Source: an uncultured Lachnospiraceae bacterium
Lineage (GTDB): Bacteria > Bacillota > Clostridia > Eubacteriales > Eubacteriaceae
DNA length: 64,000 nucleotides
Direction of reading: 5' to 3'
NCBI GenBank assembly: GCA_964545675.1
Contig: CAZJGM010000001.1
Location: forward strand, 2,575 to 66,574
Part shown: positions 59,099-64,000 of the stretch, piece after piece
How positions within the stretch are numbered: the stretch's first letter is position 1
How the letters are laid out: each line of letters starts with the position of its first letter
Notes under the pieces: generated by a model
What the model saw: only the letters and a program-made list of their open reading frames with translations
Database searches by the model: none
Told to the model about the DNA's origin: nothing
Made by a program: the position numbers and the translations under genes

Positions 59099-59883
59099 GT
59101 GAAAAGCAGATGAATGATCAATGTTTAATTGAAATTAAAGATTTAAGTGTCACTTATTCGTCAAACAATGAACCATTAAAGGCCATCCATGATATTGACT
59201 TAAACATCTACAAGGGCGATTTTATCTGTGTCCTTGGCCCATCAGGTTGTGGGAAATCGACCTTGTTAAAGGTGCTAGCCGGATTTTTAAAGCAAACAGA
59301 AGGAACACTTTTAATGAAGGGAAAAGAAATTGAAGGGCCAGACTGGAATCGCGGGGTGGTTTTTCAATCGGCATCCTTGTATCCATGGATGAATGTCCGT
59401 AAGAATGTCGAGTTTGGTCCTAAAATGAAGGGCTTGGCCAAGGCCGAAATTACTCAAATTGCCAGTCATTACTTGGAAGAAGTCCACCTGTTAAAATTTG
59501 AAGACCAGGCCACCTTTGAGTTATCCGGAGGGATGAAACAGCGAGTAGCCCTAGCCCGAGTCTTAGCCAATGAACCAGAAGTGATGCTGATGGATGAGCC
59601 CTTTGGGGCCCTAGATGCCTTAACCCGGATTCACATGCAAAAATTAGTCCGAGACATCTGGCAACGAAACCACAACACTATTTTTATGATCACCCACGAT
59701 GTTGACGAGGCCCTATCGCTAGGGACCCGAGCCATTGTCATGTCAAAAAGCCCCGGCACCATTATTAAAGAATTAAAGTTGGATTTTTATGAAAAGGCCA
59801 TTGATGCCAGGACCGGTCGTGTCCATATCGATGACGAATACATTAAGATGAAAGAAGAGATTTTGGATCTTATTGACATTTAA
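59095..59883 (+). CDS. tauB: Taurine/sulfonate-type ABC transporter ATP-binding protein (TauB-like)
   Basis: [44 protein letters not shown]. Confidence 0.8.
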   Translation: MSEKQMNDQCLIEIKDLSVTYSSNNEPLKAIHDIDLNIYKGDFICVLGPSGCGKSTLLKVLAGFLKQTEGTLLMKGKEIEGPDWNRGVVFQSASLYPWMNVRKNVEFGPKMKGLAKAEITQIASHYLEEVHLLKFEDQATFELSGGMKQRVALARVLANEPEVMLMDEPFGALDALTRIHMQKLVRDIWQRNHNTIFMITHDVDEALSLGTRAIVMSKSPGTIIKELKLDFYEKAIDARTGRVHIDDEYIKMKEEILDLIDI

Positions 59884-59929
59884 GTAAATAAAATGAAGAT
59901 GACAAAATTAAGTCTTGTGAGGATTGTTT

Positions 59930-61063
59930 ATGATACCTTTTAATAAGCCCCTTTTTTTAGGCAAAGAAATGGACTATATCCACCAGGCCGCAGCCATTAA
60001 TCATCGCATTAGTGGCGACGGCCTTTATACAAAAGCCTGTGCTGATTGGCTTAAAGCAAAGGGTGGGGTAGAAAAGGCCCTCCTGACCACTTCCGGAACC
60101 CATGCCTTAGAGATGGCCGCCCTACTTTGCAATATTAAAGCGGGCGATGAAGTAATTATGCCTTCTTACACCTTTGTATCAACGGCCAATGCCTTTGTTT
60201 TAAGGGGGGCAAAAATTATCTTTGTTGATATCAGACCAGATACCATGAATATTGATGAAAATTTAATTGAAGCGGCCATTACACCGAAAAGCCGGGTTCT
60301 TGTCCCGGTTCACTATGGGGGTGTAAGCTGTGAGATGGATAAAATCATGGCCATTGCCCAAAAACACCACTTAATCGTGGTTGAAGATGCGGCCCAAGGC
60401 CTGATGGCCACCTATAAAAATAAGCCCCTGGGTGGGATTGGCCACTTGGGGGCCTATAGCTTTCATGAATCGAAGAACTATTCAATGGGAGAGGGCGGGG
60501 CTCTTTTAATGAGAGACTCGCAATTTATTGAACGAGCCGAGATTATTAGAGAAAAGGGGACCGATCGGAGTCAGTTTTTATCGGGAAAACGCGATAAATA
60601 TTCTTGGGTTGATTTGGGATCGTCTTATTTACCCAGTGAACTCAACGCCGCCTATCTTTATGCCCACCTTGAAGAGGCCGATACGATAACAACAAAACGC
60701 CAGGCTTTGTGGGATGATTATTTTAATTTGCTTAAGCCTTTAGAAGACCAAGGGAAAATAAGCCGACCATCGATTCCCAAGGAGTGCCAGCACAATGGCC
60801 ATCTTTTTTATATTAAGGTCAAGGATTTTTTTGAGCGTGACCAATTAATTGCTCATTTAAAAGCCCATAACATTTTAGCGGTTTTTCATTATATTCCCCT
60901 TCACAGCTCAAAGGCTGGCTTAAAATTTGGCCAATTTAAGGGAGCCGATCGGTATACGACCAAAGAAAGCCAGCGACTTTTAAGGCTGCCCTTATTTTAT
61001 GATTTAAGCCATGATGAAGTGTTAAAAATCGTCGAAAAAATTTATGATTTTTATAAAAAATAA
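59930..61063 (+). CDS. wecE: dTDP-4-amino-4,6-dideoxygalactose transaminase (WecE/RffA)
   Basis: MIPFNKP, SGDG, THALEMAA, MPSYTFVSTANAFVLRGA, VEDAAQG, SFHESKN, REKGT, GSSYLPSE, FHYIPLH. Confidence 0.88.
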   Translation: MIPFNKPLFLGKEMDYIHQAAAINHRISGDGLYTKACADWLKAKGGVEKALLTTSGTHALEMAALLCNIKAGDEVIMPSYTFVSTANAFVLRGAKIIFVDIRPDTMNIDENLIEAAITPKSRVLVPVHYGGVSCEMDKIMAIAQKHHLIVVEDAAQGLMATYKNKPLGGIGHLGAYSFHESKNYSMGEGGALLMRDSQFIERAEIIREKGTDRSQFLSGKRDKYSWVDLGSSYLPSELNAAYLYAHLEEADTITTKRQALWDDYFNLLKPLEDQGKISRPSIPKECQHNGHLFYIKVKDFFERDQLIAHLKAHNILAVFHYIPLHSSKAGLKFGQFKGADRYTTKESQRLLRLPLFYDLSHDEVLKIVEKIYDFYKK

Positions 61064-61109
61064 GAAGCCTTGTCTTCTTATTTTTTCGTGTGGCAATTAC
61101 AGCTATAGG

Positions 61110-62414
61110 CTAGTTAAGCCCCAAACGTTTGCGAATATGGGTCCTTGCTTCACCAATTAGATAAAGGGAACCAACAAAGACATTGACCTCATCGGATGCT
61201 GATAAATCAATGGCATCGACGGCTTCTTTTATGGACGCATGGAAGGTGACGGTTTTTTGATAATCTTTTTTAATCAGTTGGGCCATTTTAGCAGCTGACA
61301 TAGCCCGGTCGCTATTGGGGCTTAAGGTGTGGATGGTCCTTGCTATCGGCAGGAGATAAGACAAAGAAGCCTTAATATCCTTATCAGCCAACATACCAAA
61401 ATAAAGATTAATTGCCTGCTGGCCAAAATAATCTTTAATATTATCGACAAAAGCTTCAATTCCGTCACGGTTATGGGCCCCATCAATTAAGATAATCGGC
61501 GATTCAGAAAGAATTTCAAAACGCCCGGCAAAGGTCGTGTTAGCAAGGGCCCGTGTGATCTGGTCAGTGCTGATTAAAAAGCCCTTTTGCTTAAGGATAT
61601 AAATTACTTCAAGGGCAGTTAGGCAATTAAGACTTTGGTGGCGGCCTAAAAGCTTAAGGTCAAAGGCTTTTAGGGATAAACGATCGCCTTGGTATTTAAG
61701 GCGTTGAAAATGATGGTTTTGTGAGATAATTTTAATATCAAGCGGGTTAACCAAGGTGGTTGGAGCATTTTTTAACTGGGCGTAATCCTTGATCACCTTT
61801 AGGGCCTCAGCTTTTTGGGGATAGATAACAACCGGTCGGCCTTCTTTAATAATGGCTGCTTTTTCAAAGGCGATGGCCGCTAAGGTATTACCTAAATAAT
61901 CAGTATGATCAAGGCCAATTCCCATAATTACAACGGCTAAGGGATTGGTAATAATATTGGTCGCATCAAGGCGGCCACCCATGCCCACTTCGAGGACAAC
62001 ACAGTCAACTTTTTGTTCAAAAAAATAACGGAAGCCCACGGCTGTGACCAGTTCAAATTCTGTCGGATGGGGATAGCCTTGGTCAAGCAAATGATCAACG
62101 TGTTTTTTAACAAAGGTCGTCGCCGAGACCAAGCCGGCATCATCAATCGGCTGATTATCAATTTGAATGCGTTCATTAAAGTTTTCTAAAAAAGGCGAGG
62201 TAAAGAGCCCTGTTTTATAAGCAGCTTCTGTTAAAATTGTGGCGATCATCGTCGAAGTTGACCCCTTGCCATTGGTACCAGCAAGGTGGATAAATTTCAA
62301 GTGGTCTTGGGGATTAGCCATGGCCTCAAGAAGACGGGTCATGCTCTCTAGGCCGAGGCGGGTTCCAAATTTATGGCTTGATTCGATATAATTAATGGCA
62401 GCAGCGGCGTTCAT
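61110..62414 (-). CDS. folC: Folylpolyglutamate synthase / dihydrofolate synthase
   Basis: HLAGTNGKGS, FTSP, LEVGMGGRLDATN, DHTDYLG, EKAAIIK, GRFE, DGAHN, GSLYLIG. Confidence 0.95.
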   Translation of the reverse strand: MNAAAAINYIESSHKFGTRLGLESMTRLLEAMANPQDHLKFIHLAGTNGKGSTSTMIATILTEAAYKTGLFTSPFLENFNERIQIDNQPIDDAGLVSATTFVKKHVDHLLDQGYPHPTEFELVTAVGFRYFFEQKVDCVVLEVGMGGRLDATNIITNPLAVVIMGIGLDHTDYLGNTLAAIAFEKAAIIKEGRPVVIYPQKAEALKVIKDYAQLKNAPTTLVNPLDIKIISQNHHFQRLKYQGDRLSLKAFDLKLLGRHQSLNCLTALEVIYILKQKGFLISTDQITRALANTTFAGRFEILSESPIILIDGAHNRDGIEAFVDNIKDYFGQQAINLYFGMLADKDIKASLSYLLPIARTIHTLSPNSDRAMSAAKMAQLIKKDYQKTVTFHASIKEAVDAIDLSASDEVNVFVGSLYLIGEARTHIRKRLGLN

Positions 62415-62986
62415 TTAAGCCTCCTTAAGGGGAGAATAGTCCGTGATTCAGTGATGATATAATCGACCGGTTGATCATGGGCTTGGATGGGAATTTTAGC
62501 AAAGATAAAGTCCTCCCGAGCTAGGGCAAGAGTCGGACAGTCCTTAGGGATTGTTTGCAAAAAGCGATCGTAATAGCCGCCACCAAAACCGAGCCGGTGG
62601 CCTTTTTCAGTAAAGGCACAACCGGGAACGATAATCAAATCAAGGATCTTTGGGTCAACGATGTTAAGGCGGTCTTGACGGACTTCTAAAAGACCAAAAT
62701 GACTAGCTTCTAAATCATCGGGGAAATTTTTAATGGTTGAGAGTATCAGGCTATGGTCCTTGCGATTACAAATAGGAACAATAACATCTTTGCCGTCGCT
62801 AAGGGCTTTTTGAATGAGGCCGTAGCTATTGATTTCCCGATCAAAACTGACGTAGACCATTAAATGCTGGGCTTGTTGATAGAAGTCACTTGCCAAAAAG
62901 TGCTTAACGATGATAGCATCGATAGGGGCCGAATAAATATCCCGACGGCGTTTAAGGATCTGTTGACGAAATAATTTTTTGTCCAT
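62411..62986 (-). CDS. 5-formyltetrahydrofolate cyclo-ligase
   Basis: MDKKLFRQ, DLIIVPG, RLGFGGGYYDRFL, HDQPVDYIITE. Confidence 0.92.
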   Translation of the reverse strand: MDKKLFRQQILKRRRDIYSAPIDAIIVKHFLASDFYQQAQHLMVYVSFDREINSYGLIQKALSDGKDVIVPICNRKDHSLILSTIKNFPDDLEASHFGLLEVRQDRLNIVDPKILDLIIVPGCAFTEKGHRLGFGGGYYDRFLQTIPKDCPTLALAREDFIFAKIPIQAHDQPVDYIITESRTILPLRRLK

Positions 62987-63181
62987 TTTATCTTCTCCAT
63001 TATTAATTGATAGTCTAAATAAATTAAGTTTGCTATAATAAAGTTATTATATCATAAAGGTGTCGTTTCTTTAGCAATCAATTTAGCAGCTAATTAAGAG
63101 AAGGTTTTTGGCAAAATTAAACTTGAAAAATTTATAAAGAGGGTTATACTAAAGAAGAATCTAAAAAAGTAGGAGAAAAAA

Positions 63182-63862
63182 ATGAAGCGATTATTAATTG
63201 CCTGTGAGACCTTGCGCAATGAGCTTGAATTAGCATTAGAAAATACAAATGAAAAAATTGAGGTCGCTTGGATGCCTAATCGTCTTCATGAAAGACCCGA
63301 ACGCTTGAATAGGGCCCTTCAAGAGAAAATTAATGAGGTCGAAGCTGACTATGACACCTTGCTGTTTGCCTATGGCAAGTGTGGTAATGGCTTAGTTGGC
63401 CTTAAGAGTGACAAAGCAACAATGGTGATTCCACAATTTGAAGATTGCATAGCCATCTTATTGGCCCATAAATGCCAGCTTGGCCAGATTCGCACAAACA
63501 CTTATTTTTTAACACCGGGTTGGCTTAAAGGGGAAAAATCATTGGAAGTTGAATATCAAGCGATCATGGCCAAATATGGTGAGAAAAAAACGAAAAAAAT
63601 TTATGAAATTATGTTTAAAAGTTATCAAAAATTAATGCTGATTGATACCAAAGCCTATCAAATAGAGCCTTGGTTAGACCGGGTTAATCAAATTGGCCAA
63701 ATTCTGGGACTTGATGTGGTTATCGATGATGGCAATATCACAATCCTTGAAAAGTTACTTAAGGGTGATTGGGACCACGGTTTTTGCCTTATTCCGCCGG
63801 GGAAAATGACCACCCATGATGATTTTTATCAGCTAGCCAGCAAAGAGGGTGTGATGGCTTGA
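63182..63862 (+). CDS. DUF1638 domain protein
   Basis: LIAC, LHERPERL, YGKCGNG, DCIAILL, YFLTPGWL motif pattern; AGGAG SD. Confidence 0.8.
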   Translation: MKRLLIACETLRNELELALENTNEKIEVAWMPNRLHERPERLNRALQEKINEVEADYDTLLFAYGKCGNGLVGLKSDKATMVIPQFEDCIAILLAHKCQLGQIRTNTYFLTPGWLKGEKSLEVEYQAIMAKYGEKKTKKIYEIMFKSYQKLMLIDTKAYQIEPWLDRVNQIGQILGLDVVIDDGNITILEKLLKGDWDHGFCLIPPGKMTTHDDFYQLASKEGVMA

Positions 63863-64000
63863 AGACTTTAAGAGAACCAATAAATGCCCTAACGCATTTG
63901 CTTGCCTTGGCCTTATCATTGGTGGGGATTATCTTAATGTTTGCCAAGCTGGTCATAACAAATAACCTTAATATCCTGACCATTAGCTCAATTATCGCCT
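63859..64000 (+). CDS. Hemolysin III / PAQR family membrane protein (3' partial; not in ORF track)
   Basis: TTG start overlapping DUF1638 stop (TTGA); translates MKTLREPINALTHLLALALSLVGIILMF..., the E-x-x-N-x-x-T-H N-terminal motif of HlyIII proteins; runs off window. Confidence 0.75.
   Translation, partial: MKTLREPINALTHLLALALSLVGIILMFAKLVITNNLNILTISSIIA

Noticed and set aside
43366..61110. Integrative mobile element inserted at dusB or at the tRNA cluster
   Set aside because: No integrase, transposase or flanking direct repeats seen; the tRNA cluster runs straight into tilS

Overview
A low-GC Firmicute (clostridial-type) chromosomal segment. An anaerobic, probably non-sporulating lineage such as Eubacteriaceae/Acetobacterium-like is an inference from gene content only. 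It has four parts. (1) 1-16.7 kb: cobalt ECF transporter components (cbiO partial, cbiQ) and an anaerobic tetrapyrrole/cobalamin operon (hemA, sirC, a HemC-CobA-HemD triple fusion, hemB, hemL, cbiK/F/G/H/J/P/B, cobD, cobU). (2) 16.7-23.3 kb: an orphan degenerate histidine kinase, a SEC-C protein, a patatin, a Cys-rich Lgt homologue flanked by two related 'ACVAC' membrane proteins, and murC. (3) 23.5-44.4 kb: the conserved purR-spoVG-glmU-prs-pth-mfd-prsA-yabM-mazG-hup-yabO-divIC-ppx-[5 tRNAs]-tilS-hpt-ftsH-coaX-dusB backbone, lacking the sporulation genes normally embedded in it. (4) 44.4-61.1 kb: an accessory block interleaving a sulfur-trafficking set (split and full-length YeeE, TusA/YeeD, LysR, a double-rhodanese lipoprotein, CoA-disulfide reductase-rhodanese, TauCAB-like ABC) with an aminosugar/polyprenyl-phosphate surface-modification set (GT2, ATP-grasp ligase, a second NitT/TauT ABC, GT-C transferase, WecE). 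This block is the best candidate for an undescribed system. The window ends with folC, 5-formyl-THF cyclo-ligase, DUF1638 and a partial hemolysin-III gene. I saw no CRISPR array, integrase, transposase, rRNA or recognisable riboswitch. Some start coordinates were moved from the ORF track to a downstream ATG with a better Shine-Dalgarno site. All family calls are from motif recognition by eye, not database searches.
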